Below the pieces are notes generated by a model. That model saw nothing but the letters and a program-made list of their open reading frames with translations. It did not search any database and had not been told where the DNA came from. A DNA stretch of 63,027 nt, filler included, from Anaerolineae bacterium (lineage in GTDB: Bacteria; Chloroflexota; Anaerolineae; Epilineales; Epilineaceae): assembly GCA_029262755.1 (NCBI GenBank). It is 7 parts of 7 records of this genome, joined end to end, with 100 filler letters (N's around TTAATTAATTAA, not from the genome) between each part and the next. Parts side by side here need not be neighbours in the genome. Positions count along the whole stretch, not along the records: positions 35,537 to 54,499 come from JAJCYU010000098.1; 6 more parts are not named here. One strand, given 5' to 3'. Shown here one piece after another: positions 35,537-45,569 of this stretch; position 1 is the first letter of the stretch; every line of letters begins with the position of its first letter. A program made the position numbers and the translations under genes.

Positions 35537-37681
35537 CCTTTGGGGCTGATGTGGCACCGTGTTGCAGGATCGAATACTGGCATGCTCTACCTCGGGGTCG
35601 TGCGCGACGCGTCGCGCGAGCGGGGGCGGGACACGCTCATGGCCTACGTCTACGAGAGCAACGCGGACGGCAGCGGCATGCGGCTCGTGCTGGCCGAGTC
35701 GATGGACTACGACTGGCTGGGCCCCTTGAGCGCGTCGCCGACGCGGTGGATGCCGTGGCACGACAACCACAAGGAATCCACCGTCGGCCATGCCTTCATG
35801 TGGCCGCAGCCGTGGCTGACCGACATCGAGTTCACGGACGACGACGACATGCTGCTTGGCCTACGCGACCGGCAGGGCGACACCGTGCTCTACGGCATCG
35901 CCGGCTTCCCACAGGGCGAGAAGGCGGGGCAGCAGGCGGGCGACACGCTTATCGCGCGGCGGCAGATGGCCGACGGGGAAGCCACGTGGGCGGTGGTCGA
36001 TTCGCACGACTACTTCGTGGAGGACGCCAGCCGTACCGTGGGTGCGTCCAACGACGGGCACCCGGAGACCGGCTTCGGCGGGCTGGCGCGGGTCTTCGGG
36101 CCACATGAGGTGATGGTCACGTCGCTGAGCCCGATCGCATACAACTCGGGCGGCGGGATCTGGTTCGACATCGACACCGGCCGCAACCCGCGCCGCGAAG
36201 AGCTCTACCGGCTGGTCTCCGGCGTGGACTACGGCAAGGCGAACGGCCTGGGCGACGCGGAGCTCCTCTGCGGCCCGCCCCCGCCCACGCCCACCCCGAC
36301 CCCCGCGGCCACGCCGACGCCGGTCGTCATCTACCTGCCCTACGGGGAGGACGAGTGCATCCCGGAGAAGCGCTTCGTGGACGTAGTCCTGGTGCTGGAC
36401 CGCTCGACGTCGATGCTGCGCTCCGTCGAGCCGGGCGGGCAGCCCAAGAACGAGGCCGCGCTCGACGCGGCGCAGGCCTTCGTCGACGCGCTGGCCCTGG
36501 AGCCGGACCCGAACGACCCGCTCGGGCGGCACGACCAGGTGGCCGTGGTCGGCTTCAACGACGCGGCCTGGGTCGAGCAGGCCCTGACCGGCGACCGCGC
36601 GGCGGCCGGCGCGGCCCTGGCGCGCATCCGCACCAAGACCCAGGAGGGCACGAGGCTCGACCTGGCGTTGGAGCGCGGCCAGGCGCCGCTGGACGGCCCC
36701 GAGCGCATCGTGGCCAACGAGGCCGTGGTGGTCCTTCTCACCGACGGCCTCCCCAACCGCGTACCCTTTGGGTTCGGGAGCGCGCAGCCCACCTGTCCGA
36801 ATCAAGAGTGTACCGTCGAACGCGCCGCCGAGGCCGTGAAGGCGAAGGGCACCAACGTCTACACGATCGCGCTGGGCCGCCCGAACGACGTGCACCCGCT
36901 GCTGATGCTGCGCATCGCCAGCGAGCGGCACCAGTACTACTACGCCCCCCGGCCGGAAGACCTGGCGGCCATCTACCGCATCATCCTCGACACCTTCACC
37001 TACTGCGGCCGCAGCAACCGCCCGCCGCCCACGCCCTGCGTGCCCGAGTCGCAGCACGCCGACATCGTGCTCGTGCTGGACACCTCCACGTCCATGCAGC
37101 GCCCGACCCGCGCCGGCCGCACGAAGCTGGCCGCCGCGCTGGAGGCGGCGTCGGTCTTCGCGGAGGGCCTGTCGCTGGAACGCGACGGCTACGGCCGCCA
37201 GGACCGCCTGGCCCTCGTCGGCTTCAACGACACGGCCTGGACCCAGCTCTCCCTGTCGGACGACCGGGCCGCCATCGCGGAGGCGCTCGCCGCGCTGCCC
37301 GCCCGCAGCGCCCAGGGCACGCGCCTGGACCTCGCGCTCCGCCAGGGCGTCACCGCGTGGCGCGACTCATGGCGCCTGCCGGCCAACCGCCCGGTCATCG
37401 TGCTGCTCAGCGACGGCCTGCCCAACCGCGTCCCATTCGGCCCGGGCTCGACGCATCCAGAGTGCCCGAACCAGGAATGCACGGTCCTCGCCGCGGCCAC
37501 CGCCGCCAAGCAGGCCGGCGCGCGGGTGTTCACGATCGGCCTCGGCCTGGAGGACGACGTCCTACGCCGCCTGCTCGAGGAGGCCGCCAGCGATCCGCGC
37601 GACTACGCGTTTGCGCCGGATGGGGAGGACCTGGCGGCGATCTACCGGCAGGTGGCGGGGCGGGTGCGGGCGTGTCCGTGA
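35537..37681 (+). CDS. Large surface protein with two C-terminal VWA domains (5' end truncated)
   Basis: PT linker, VIYLPYG, two MIDAS motifs (DRSTSM, DTSTSM), and LTDGLPN/LSDGLPN. Confidence 0.85.
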   Translation, partial: PLGLMWHRVAGSNTGMLYLGVVRDASRERGRDTLMAYVYESNADGSGMRLVLAESMDYDWLGPLSASPTRWMPWHDNHKESTVGHAFMWPQPWLTDIEFTDDDDMLLGLRDRQGDTVLYGIAGFPQGEKAGQQAGDTLIARRQMADGEATWAVVDSHDYFVEDASRTVGASNDGHPETGFGGLARVFGPHEVMVTSLSPIAYNSGGGIWFDIDTGRNPRREELYRLVSGVDYGKANGLGDAELLCGPPPPTPTPTPAATPTPVVIYLPYGEDECIPEKRFVDVVLVLDRSTSMLRSVEPGGQPKNEAALDAAQAFVDALALEPDPNDPLGRHDQVAVVGFNDAAWVEQALTGDRAAAGAALARIRTKTQEGTRLDLALERGQAPLDGPERIVANEAVVVLLTDGLPNRVPFGFGSAQPTCPNQECTVERAAEAVKAKGTNVYTIALGRPNDVHPLLMLRIASERHQYYYAPRPEDLAAIYRIILDTFTYCGRSNRPPPTPCVPESQHADIVLVLDTSTSMQRPTRAGRTKLAAALEAASVFAEGLSLERDGYGRQDRLALVGFNDTAWTQLSLSDDRAAIAEALAALPARSAQGTRLDLALRQGVTAWRDSWRLPANRPVIVLLSDGLPNRVPFGPGSTHPECPNQECTVLAAATAAKQAGARVFTIGLGLEDDVLRRLLEEAASDPRDYAFAPDGEDLAAIYRQVAGRVRACP

Positions 37682-37713
37682 GGGGGGGGCGTGTTTGGTC
37701 CTTGCATCGAGAA

Positions 37714-38211
37714 CTAAGGCATGTGTCTGAGAGTGACGTAGGCCGCCTTGAGGGCAAGTCCTGCACACGTGAGCATCGCAGATACCATGATCCCACCCAA
37801 GAGAATTGCGATGAGCGTCCCACCAAGACCGTTCTCCGGCTGGGGGTTGAGCATCCATCCGTCCGGGCCAACCGAGACCAAGTCGCTGAGGCCCGCGTGA
37901 AACACCCATGCGTATGGGACTGCCAGGATCAAGCAGAACACAGCTGCCGCGGCGATTCGAGCAGCCAACATCACGAGGCGTCCTCGAGTCGGCGGCGCCA
38001 CGCTGACCCTGGGCGTCGGAATCTTTCCGGAGTCCACCAAGTCCGCAAACTCGCGGAGCGCCCGGCTGTCATCCATGTCATTGGCTTTCGATGCTCCCGA
38101 CCTGAAGAGATCGACAATCTCTTCGCGCGTCAGGTCATCCTTTCCGGGTCCTGTCCGGTGGCCAATCATGTCGAACAACGATTTACCGAGCTCGTATAGC
38201 GTCACTGTCAA
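37714..38211 (-). CDS. Hypothetical membrane protein
   Basis: GGAGG RBS upstream of TTG; two hydrophobic segments. Confidence 0.6.
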   Translation of the reverse strand: MTVTLYELGKSLFDMIGHRTGPGKDDLTREEIVDLFRSGASKANDMDDSRALREFADLVDSGKIPTPRVSVAPPTRGRLVMLAARIAAAAVFCLILAVPYAWVFHAGLSDLVSVGPDGWMLNPQPENGLGGTLIAILLGGIMVSAMLTCAGLALKAAYVTLRHMP

Positions 38212-38292
38212 GCCTCCTCCGGTGCGATCCCGTAGGCTATCGCAATTGTGCGAATCCTTGCCTCGAGACTACTCGACATCTGCGGACACTGG

Positions 38293-38310
38293 GTGTGACG
38301 TGCGTCACAC
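38293..38310. promoter_or_regulatory. Perfect CRP-type palindrome TGTGA-N6-TCACA
   Basis: GTGTGACG-TG-CGTCACAC in the divergent intergenic region. Confidence 0.6.
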
Positions 38311-38683
38311 GAGGGGCAAGATGCGTTTGCGAATCGGTCCCGACATCCACGGAGACCGTCAAACGTGGGTTGGTATCATGACGTACGGAGAAACCGCGCC
38401 CACGTTGTGGAGCACCCCATGAGGGGCGCGACATGAGCGAGCACCTGACGTCCGAGCATGAGGCGGAGCGCGCCAGATCGTCGAACAGGACCGCCGCCCG
38501 TTCATCCACTAGGCGTCACGCACTGCTTACACGGGCGCAACATCCCACACCGGCCCATACACGAGTTCTACACATCACTCGGGCATCTTCTGACACAACC
38601 CTCCCCGGCGACGCAACGGATCCGCGCTGACGCGCGGAACGGACGAAACCGGCCGAGCAGGGAACGTCGAAAAGGAGATCCCG

Positions 38684-39523
38684 ATGATCGTAGAGAGCTG
38701 GACACCACCCGTACGGCTCAAAGAGTGGGTCGCCGCACCGACCGCCACCGAGCTGGCCGTCGATGCCTTCGCACCGATGGCGCGCGACGAGAAGGGCGCA
38801 TTGGCGCTGAGCGATCGCATCGAGGCGACCTACCTCGTGCCGATCGAGGCGCTGCCCGCCCATCTCGACGCCATCCGTGCCGACTACCGGGTGCTCTTCA
38901 AGAAGGGCCGGCGAGTACAGCGCCGCCAAAGGCTGGACTTCGACTCCTCCGACTTCGTCCTCTTCCACCGTCAACATGCCGGCGCCGCCGTTCGCGACAA
39001 GCTGCGCGCGAGCATCGACGATGCTTCGGGCGAGAACGTCTTGAAAGTCAAGCACAGGGACAACAAGGGCCGGTGGCGGCGGACATGCAAGCATCGCTTC
39101 GTGGTCGATGCGCAGATGCGGGCCGCGGACCCGAAGAGCGGCACGTTGCTGCGCCACAGCTACGGATACGGTGACGGTGACGACCTGGTGTACGGGCGGC
39201 TGCTGACGCGCTTCGATCGGGTCACCTTGGTCCACCGCCATCTCGACGAGCGCATCACGATCGATCTGGACCTGCGCTTCGAGGGGGCGGGCCGCGTGGA
39301 GGCGCTGCCGGAGGTCGCCGTCGTCACGATCGCTCGCGCGCGCCATGGGGCCGAGTCCTCGGCCGTCGCGCGGCTTCGCCGGCATCGCATACGGCCGCAA
39401 CGCTTCAGCAAGTACGGCATCGGGGTCAGCCTCGTCTACCCGCAGCTCAAGCACAACCGCTACAAGCCCACCCTGCGAGCACTCGCAACGCTGTCCGGAG
39501 GAGGAGTCTCTCATGCTCACTAG
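38684..39523 (+). CDS. VTC (polyphosphate polymerase-like) domain protein
   Basis: RDKLR, RVTLV...ERITIDLDL and FSKY; AAAGGAG RBS; overlaps the DUF4956 gene. Confidence 0.75.
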   Translation: MIVESWTPPVRLKEWVAAPTATELAVDAFAPMARDEKGALALSDRIEATYLVPIEALPAHLDAIRADYRVLFKKGRRVQRRQRLDFDSSDFVLFHRQHAGAAVRDKLRASIDDASGENVLKVKHRDNKGRWRRTCKHRFVVDAQMRAADPKSGTLLRHSYGYGDGDDLVYGRLLTRFDRVTLVHRHLDERITIDLDLRFEGAGRVEALPEVAVVTIARARHGAESSAVARLRRHRIRPQRFSKYGIGVSLVYPQLKHNRYKPTLRALATLSGGGVSHAH

Positions 39524-40142
39524 CGCGAGCCTGTTCACCGGTTTCGTCCTGAACGCCGTCGTCGCATTGATCATCGTGCGCGGCATCTACAACTCCAGCA
39601 AGCCGCACAAGAGCTACGTCATAACCTTCATGGCCTTCAACACGCTGGTCTTCTTCGTCATGAGCTTGCTCACGTCGATCGAGCTCAGCATCGGCGCCGG
39701 TTTCGGCCTTTTCGCCATCTTCTCGATCCTGCGCTACCGCACCAACCCGATGCCTGCGCGCGAGATGACCTACTTGTTCATCCTGATCGGCCTGCCGATC
39801 GTCAACGCGACCCTCAACACGGGCGTCGCCTGGTCCCTGTTGGTCCTTGTCAACGTGGCCGTGATCACGGTGCTCTTCGTGCTCGAGCAGGGCTGGGGCT
39901 TTCAGTACGAGGAGTCCAAGCGGGTCATCTACGACCGCATCGAGTTGGTTCACGTCGATCAGCGTGACGCGCTGCTAACCGACCTGCGCCAGCGCACCGG
40001 CCTGCCCATCACGCGGATCGAGGTCGGCAAGCTGGACTTCCTGAAGGACGCGGCCGTGATCACGCTCTTCTATCCGCCTACCGGCAGCGGTTGGGGCGGG
40101 GGGCCGGCCGATAGCGAGAGCGAAGACGGCGGCGAGGAGTAA
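39513..40142 (+). CDS. DUF4956 family membrane protein
   Basis: SIGAGFGLFAIFSILRYRT, EMTYLF and DLRQRTGL. Confidence 0.9.
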   Translation: MLTSASLFTGFVLNAVVALIIVRGIYNSSKPHKSYVITFMAFNTLVFFVMSLLTSIELSIGAGFGLFAIFSILRYRTNPMPAREMTYLFILIGLPIVNATLNTGVAWSLLVLVNVAVITVLFVLEQGWGFQYEESKRVIYDRIELVHVDQRDALLTDLRQRTGLPITRIEVGKLDFLKDAAVITLFYPPTGSGWGGGPADSESEDGGEE

Positions 40143-40191
40143 TCGCAAGCGCCGGAGGCTCTAGGCGGACCGAGCAGGGTGATCGGCGCCG

Positions 40192-41190
40192 CTATTCCCT
40201 GTCCGTCTCGACCCACAGAGACACGCTCGGCACATACCACGGATCTTCCTCATCGACCTGCCAGCCGAAGGGATCAACGGCGACCCAGCCGACGTCGGCG
40301 CGCTGCTGCACCTCGAAGTGCAGGTGGGGCGTCCAGGCGAGACCGGTGGCGCCTCCGTAGCCGAGGGCATCGCCGGCGGCCAGCACCTGTCCTACGTCAA
40401 CCACGATGCCGTTGTCGGCGAAGTGCAGGTAGTAGCTGCGCAGGTTGTCGTTGTAGTAGTTTCCGTCGCCATCGAGATCGTGGTAGAGGCGGATGTAGTT
40501 GCCGTTGTAGGGATCCCCCTCCCCCACGAAGTCGACCAGCCCTGCTGCGGGGGCGTCGATCAAGGGTGTCAGCGTGCCGAATTTGTTCAGATCGCAGCTC
40601 GCGCCCGTCCGCCAGTCGGGGCTGTACTCGAAGTCGATCCCATGGTGATTGTCATACCAGAGCTCGCTCTCGTCGGCGCAGGCCGTTTCGCTCTGGGCGT
40701 TGTCGACACAGCCGACCCAGGCCCCACCCACGGCCGGGCAGGAAAAGGTGTAGCCGTTGCCGCTCGTGCTTTCGCGTCCGTCGAAGAACAGGATGCGTTG
40801 GCTCGTGGGGTCGTGGTCGAAGTAGCCGGAGACCTCTGCGTCGGGCCCGATGGGAAAGCGAAAGATCGGCATCGAGGCCGAGTCCAAGCTCGAGGCAAAG
40901 GTCGCCGGTTGATCGGTGGACGGTTCAGTAGTCGTATCGGTAGCCGTTTCGGTCACTGCATCGGTGGACTCATCGGTGGATTTATCGGCGGCTTCAGCGG
41001 AGCCTTCATCAGAGGCTTCATCCACCAATGGACCTGTGGCCGTTCCTTGCGGTGGGCCAATGGTAGGCACAGTCTGCTGATTGGTGGCGAGCTCAGCCGG
41101 TTGGGTGGACTCCACGAGCATGGCAGGTTCGATCCGGCATCCAGCCAGGGCCAAACAGGTCAGGCAGATCGAGAGCCGGGAACGCGTCAA
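40192..41190 (-). CDS. M23 family metallopeptidase lipoprotein
   Basis: LALAGC lipobox; HHGIDF, YLH and PHLHFEV. Confidence 0.85.
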   Translation of the reverse strand: MTRSRLSICLTCLALAGCRIEPAMLVESTQPAELATNQQTVPTIGPPQGTATGPLVDEASDEGSAEAADKSTDESTDAVTETATDTTTEPSTDQPATFASSLDSASMPIFRFPIGPDAEVSGYFDHDPTSQRILFFDGRESTSGNGYTFSCPAVGGAWVGCVDNAQSETACADESELWYDNHHGIDFEYSPDWRTGASCDLNKFGTLTPLIDAPAAGLVDFVGEGDPYNGNYIRLYHDLDGDGNYYNDNLRSYYLHFADNGIVVDVGQVLAAGDALGYGGATGLAWTPHLHFEVQQRADVGWVAVDPFGWQVDEEDPWYVPSVSLWVETDRE

Positions 41191-42593
41191 TGGCCCGGCC
41201 CCAAGCGGGCGAACGCCAATTGGATGCGCCTTGGGGAAATCGATGGATCATCGATCTTCCAGACCGGCCCGCCGTCCGCGGTCACCATGCCGATCTGGCC
41301 GTCCGCCGTGACGAAGGCCAGGTAGCGGCCATCGGGGGACCAGACCGGAGGCTGCTCGAGCGCCTCGGTGAAGGTGATCTGTGTGGCCTCGCCATTGCTC
41401 GTGGAGAGGGTCCAGAGGTCGCCCAACGGCGGGGGCTGACGAGGGCCGGCGCGCAGGGGTTCGGCCAGGGTGCGCCGCACGAGCGCGATGCGCCGGCCAT
41501 CCGGCGCCCAGACCGGCTGCGTCGGCCCCAGGTTGCCCGCCCACAGCAAGCGGCTGCCGGCCTTCGCGGAGCTCTCATCAAGGCTCAGGTCGAGCAGGTG
41601 CACCTCTTCGCTGCGACCCTCCGCGCGGCCGCCGCGCATCAAGAGATAGGCGAGCTGCGTCCCATCGGGTGCTATGGCGGTCGCGGCAAGCCGCCCCTCG
41701 GCCGACGGCACGGCGAGCAACAGACGGGTTTCGCCGGTGCGCAGGTCGTACCCGTACAGATGGGACACAAGCGGACGACGTCGTGCGGGATCCGGGCCGG
41801 CGCGATCACGATCGCTTGCGTCGGGTCCGGTAGCGTCACGATCGCTGCCGTCCGGTCCGCCGGCGTCTGGTGCGCCGGCGTCACGGTCGCCGGCGTCGGG
41901 GTCGGTGGCGTCGCGGATGTGCGAGTCGAAGGTGAAGCCGCTGCCGTCGAGCGCCATCCGGAAGTGACGCGGCGGCGCCATGCGGCTGCTGTCGATGCCC
42001 AGGTTCAGCGCCCGGTAGCTGTCATCCTCCAGGTCGAGCCAGATCGTCACCTCATCATCTTCGTTGACCAGCAGCAGCTGCCCGCCGTCCGGATGCCAGC
42101 CCGCAACGCGTAGCGCGGATACGCCCGTGTATGCGGGCAAGCCGAGCTGCTCGTTGAGGTTGCGCAGCTGCTTGGATTCTCGGTCGTAGAGGTAGAGCGG
42201 GCCACCCGCCGCATGACCATGGGGGGTCTGCACGACGATCCGTGATAGGTCGGGAGAGAAGCTCGTGATCCCCTCCGGCACGTCGGCCAAGGAGATCCGT
42301 TCGCGTTCTAAGCCGTCCGCCGTCCAGAGGACCTCGCGCAGCTCGTCGTCTACGCGGTAGATCAAACGCGCACAGACGGCCTTCCGATCCGGGTCGGGAG
42401 CCTGGTCCTGGTCAACACATGGTGGCGCTGCGCTCCAGTCGATCGCCGGGACGGGTCGCGGCGGGGCCTGGTTCGGTGGACCGCCTGCGTCGCCTGCCCG
42501 CGCGGCGGGCGTGGCGGGCGTCGGCGCTTCTCGCGCGCCGCACGCCGCCACGATCAAGGCGATGCATACCAACAGGCCTGAGGCTCGCAGCAC
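41187..42593 (-). CDS. TolB-like (PD40) beta-propeller lipoprotein
   Basis: IVAAC lipobox; FSPD, WAPDG and WSPDG repeats; internal 5-aa DAxxP/R repeats. Confidence 0.75.
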   Translation of the reverse strand: MLRASGLLVCIALIVAACGAREAPTPATPAARAGDAGGPPNQAPPRPVPAIDWSAAPPCVDQDQAPDPDRKAVCARLIYRVDDELREVLWTADGLERERISLADVPEGITSFSPDLSRIVVQTPHGHAAGGPLYLYDRESKQLRNLNEQLGLPAYTGVSALRVAGWHPDGGQLLLVNEDDEVTIWLDLEDDSYRALNLGIDSSRMAPPRHFRMALDGSGFTFDSHIRDATDPDAGDRDAGAPDAGGPDGSDRDATGPDASDRDRAGPDPARRRPLVSHLYGYDLRTGETRLLLAVPSAEGRLAATAIAPDGTQLAYLLMRGGRAEGRSEEVHLLDLSLDESSAKAGSRLLWAGNLGPTQPVWAPDGRRIALVRRTLAEPLRAGPRQPPPLGDLWTLSTSNGEATQITFTEALEQPPVWSPDGRYLAFVTADGQIGMVTADGGPVWKIDDPSISPRRIQLAFARLGPGH

Positions 42594-42594
42594 C

Positions 42595-43371
42595 CTACCC
42601 CTCCGCGATCGTTACTCGGCACAGCACCGTGTTATCCGTTTCGAGATCCGGGCCCCAGATGAACGCGGCTGAGGCGTCCCAGGACACGTCATCATAGCCA
42701 CCCTTCGGATCGACCGCCGCGGCCGGGTGAACCGTGGTCGCGGTCCACGCGCTGTCGTCGTAGTCGGCGGCTTTCCAGCCCTCCGGCTCGCCCAGATCGA
42801 CGAACCCGCAGGGGGCCGTGCCGGCCACCGGGTTCGACTCCGTCTCACAGGCCTTGTCGAGTGGCGCCTCGTGGATGACCGTGCAGGCCCACCCCGCGTC
42901 GGAAACCGCGACGACGTCGCCGCTGCCCAGGTCCGTCAACTGCAGGATGAAGCCGCCGTCGCCCATCTGCTGCCGGTTGCTGCCGATGTACTCCAAGCCC
43001 GTGTCGTTCTCCTTGAAGTCCTTGAGGAGGACGTTGAGCTGGAGCGGGTAGCCGGCCTCGAAGGTGACCGTCTCGGCGTTGAAGGAACGCTCGGTGGTGA
43101 TGGGCACCGAGTCCTCGACGATCAGCTCCTCACCGGCGTAGGCGGCGAACCAATTGTCGGACCACGCGTCGAGCTGGAAGGAGGTCATGGGATCGGGCTC
43201 GCGTTGCGCCGGAGCCGCCGACGGTTCAGAAGCAACTGCCTCCGTAGGCGGTGACTCGCTGGCGGCGGCTTCCGATGGGGGTGCCGCGTCCGTAGACCCT
43301 GCCGACTCCTCCGCACGACCGCAAGAGACGAGCATCAGCGTGGACAGCAGGACGATCCCGAATCTAAACAT
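42595..43371 (-). CDS. Acidic lipoprotein of unknown function
   Basis: MLVSC lipobox; WSDNWF and EDSVPITTERSFNAE; AGGAG RBS. Confidence 0.7.
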   Translation of the reverse strand: MFRFGIVLLSTLMLVSCGRAEESAGSTDAAPPSEAAASESPPTEAVASEPSAAPAQREPDPMTSFQLDAWSDNWFAAYAGEELIVEDSVPITTERSFNAETVTFEAGYPLQLNVLLKDFKENDTGLEYIGSNRQQMGDGGFILQLTDLGSGDVVAVSDAGWACTVIHEAPLDKACETESNPVAGTAPCGFVDLGEPEGWKAADYDDSAWTATTVHPAAAVDPKGGYDDVSWDASAAFIWGPDLETDNTVLCRVTIAEG

Positions 43372-43417
43372 GTGCGTGTCTCCTATGGAGGGCTTCGATC
43401 GACCGGCCATGCGCCGA

Positions 43418-44401
43418 TCAGGGCGTGTAGGTTTCGACCGTTCTTTGGCCGGATGGATCGATGAACTCGAAGGTATAGGTGCCGTCGGCGATCGCGTACT
43501 GGACGGCGTACGTCCCGCCGTCGAGCGTGTACTGCAGTGAGAACGCGCCGGGTCCCGTCTGCGAGAACGCGGTGATCTCCGCGCCCCGCAGGGGTTCACC
43601 GGCCGGGCGAATCGGATGGGCGTTGGGCTGTGGTTCGACCTGCCCATCTCGATAGTCCACGACGCCCCGCATGCCACCGTTGATGTACGGATAGGTCTCC
43701 GTGGCGTGGTAGTGATAGCTGCCGTCGTCGTCGAAATGACCGTTGTACGCATCCAAACCAACGACGGGCGAGCCGTCCGCTTCGGTCAGGCCGTAGAGGG
43801 GAAATCCATCCAGCCCAAACGCAATGGGTTGATCCGCGCCGACTTCCTCCTGAAGATGGGTCGGCGCGATGTGATAGTGGTAGTCGTCGCCGCGACCGGT
43901 GTGCCCACCCCAATGGTCGAGCTCTCCGGCCAGATAGGCATCATCGCCACGGTTGTTGAGCGCATTGAAGATGGGCACCCCGTTGACCGCCAGGGCGATC
44001 GCTCCGCGAAACAGATCATCCCGGCCGGAGATCGGGTCATCCGACAGCTCGGGTACGAGCGGGATCCGCCATGCGTTGTCCCCCGTGTACGCCTGCGGGA
44101 GCGGAACCTGTTGCTGCCAGCTGACGATGCCGACCATCATATTGTGTGTTGCGGGCAGACCGTTCGATTCGACGATCGCGGTGTCCGGCGTGCAATCTGT
44201 CGTGGTGTTCTCGAGGAAGGCGTTGCACGGGGTCGAGGGCAGCGCGGCATCGGCCGATCCCTCATTCACGGCTGTCGTCGGTTCGGGGACGGCCGTTTCC
44301 AGGGCCGCTGTCGGTTCCACGGACTCCCGCGTTCCACACGCCGTGACGGCGACGAGCAACGCACCCTGCAACAGGACGTTCGCGCTTCGTCTCGTGTTCA
44401 T
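43418..44401 (-). CDS. YHYH-domain lipoprotein
   Basis: AVNGVPIFN, GRGDDYHYH, LDGFPLYG and LDAYNGH...YHYH. Confidence 0.85.
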   Translation of the reverse strand: MNTRRSANVLLQGALLVAVTACGTRESVEPTAALETAVPEPTTAVNEGSADAALPSTPCNAFLENTTTDCTPDTAIVESNGLPATHNMMVGIVSWQQQVPLPQAYTGDNAWRIPLVPELSDDPISGRDDLFRGAIALAVNGVPIFNALNNRGDDAYLAGELDHWGGHTGRGDDYHYHIAPTHLQEEVGADQPIAFGLDGFPLYGLTEADGSPVVGLDAYNGHFDDDGSYHYHATETYPYINGGMRGVVDYRDGQVEPQPNAHPIRPAGEPLRGAEITAFSQTGPGAFSLQYTLDGGTYAVQYAIADGTYTFEFIDPSGQRTVETYTP

Positions 44402-44404
44402 GGA

Positions 44405-45532
44405 CTAGCCGCCCCCCGGCGCGCCGCCGGGCGGGCCGCCACCGCGTGGACCGCCGCCCCCGCCACGCTCGGCTTGCTCGATCGTCACGCCCATGTAGCA
44501 GCTGAGGATCGCATTCTCCGCAACGGCGGCTGCATGGTAGTGATAGCCGTCCGACGCGGTCGCATGCCCATTGCAGGCATCGAGCCCGGTGGCCGTAACG
44601 ACCGCATCGTCGAGCGGGCTGTGGATGGGGAAGCCGTCCATCGCGTAGGCAAAGATCGGGGTTTCGCCGTCCACGGTGTCGCCGACCTCGGAGCAGCCGC
44701 GTGCACCGTGGAGGTGATAGCCGTCGACGGGGTTGATGTGGCCGCCGCAGTCGTCGAAGGCGGCGATCGTGTAGGCGCTCAGGATGGCGTCCACGGGCGC
44801 CGGCGCGGCGATGATCACGCCGTTGAGCGTGACGCCCAGATTGCCGCCCGCCGGCGTCGGCCCGTCGCCGAGAACGGGGGTGACCGGGATCAGGACCGTA
44901 GTGGGGACGGGCTCGCCGTTTTCGAGCCACTCCATGCGGCCTTCCACGCAGTGGTTCTGGTAAGCGGGATCCACGTCCGGCCGGGCCGCTGCCGCGAAGG
45001 CTTCGGGCGTGTCGGTGATGTACACGTTCCCGTCGTCGTCGTACAGCTTCCAGTTGCTGTCGCCGTAGAGGTCGGCCAGGCCCAGGATGAACGCACCATC
45101 CAGATCGTAGACGCCGTCGCCGTCGAACCAGATGCCCGCCTCCGCTGCGAGGGTCGCAGTGGTGTCCGGGCAGAAGGGACCCACGTCGTGGTTCGCCGGG
45201 GCGCCCGCGATCGTGATCGCATAGCAGCGGGTCTCGGTCCCGTCCGCGAGGGTGCAGTCCTGGATCGCGACCTCCTCGGCCAAGGCTCCGTCGAAGAAGA
45301 GGTCAGTATCGAGGCCGTCGGCATCGGATGGGGTCTCGTCGTGGTCGGCATCGGCGCCGGCGTCGGTATCGGACGCCTGCGCTTCCGCGCCATCGTCGTC
45401 GGCTTCCGCGGTCTCGCCGCGTTCCTCCACCGCAGGTCCATCCACCGGGGATGCGGCCGGCTCCGCGACGTCGCACGCGACCGTAAGGACGCACAGCGCG
45501 CTGATGGCCATCGTTCGCAAGATCAGGTTCAT
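44405..45532 (-). CDS. YHYH-domain lipoprotein (second paralog)
   Basis: LTVAC lipobox; DCGGHINP..GYHLH, MDGFPI and LDACNGH...GYHYH. Confidence 0.85.
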   Translation of the reverse strand: MNLILRTMAISALCVLTVACDVAEPAASPVDGPAVEERGETAEADDDGAEAQASDTDAGADADHDETPSDADGLDTDLFFDGALAEEVAIQDCTLADGTETRCYAITIAGAPANHDVGPFCPDTTATLAAEAGIWFDGDGVYDLDGAFILGLADLYGDSNWKLYDDDGNVYITDTPEAFAAAARPDVDPAYQNHCVEGRMEWLENGEPVPTTVLIPVTPVLGDGPTPAGGNLGVTLNGVIIAAPAPVDAILSAYTIAAFDDCGGHINPVDGYHLHGARGCSEVGDTVDGETPIFAYAMDGFPIHSPLDDAVVTATGLDACNGHATASDGYHYHAAAVAENAILSCYMGVTIEQAERGGGGGPRGGGPPGGAPGGG

Positions 45533-45569
45533 GGGCTTCTCCAACTCCTGGGTCGGCATGGGGTCCGCG

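Noticed and set aside
38321..38422. Short ORF MRLRIGPDIHGD resembling a metallophosphoesterase start
   Set aside because: Only 33 aa with no further motifs; too weak to call a pseudogene.
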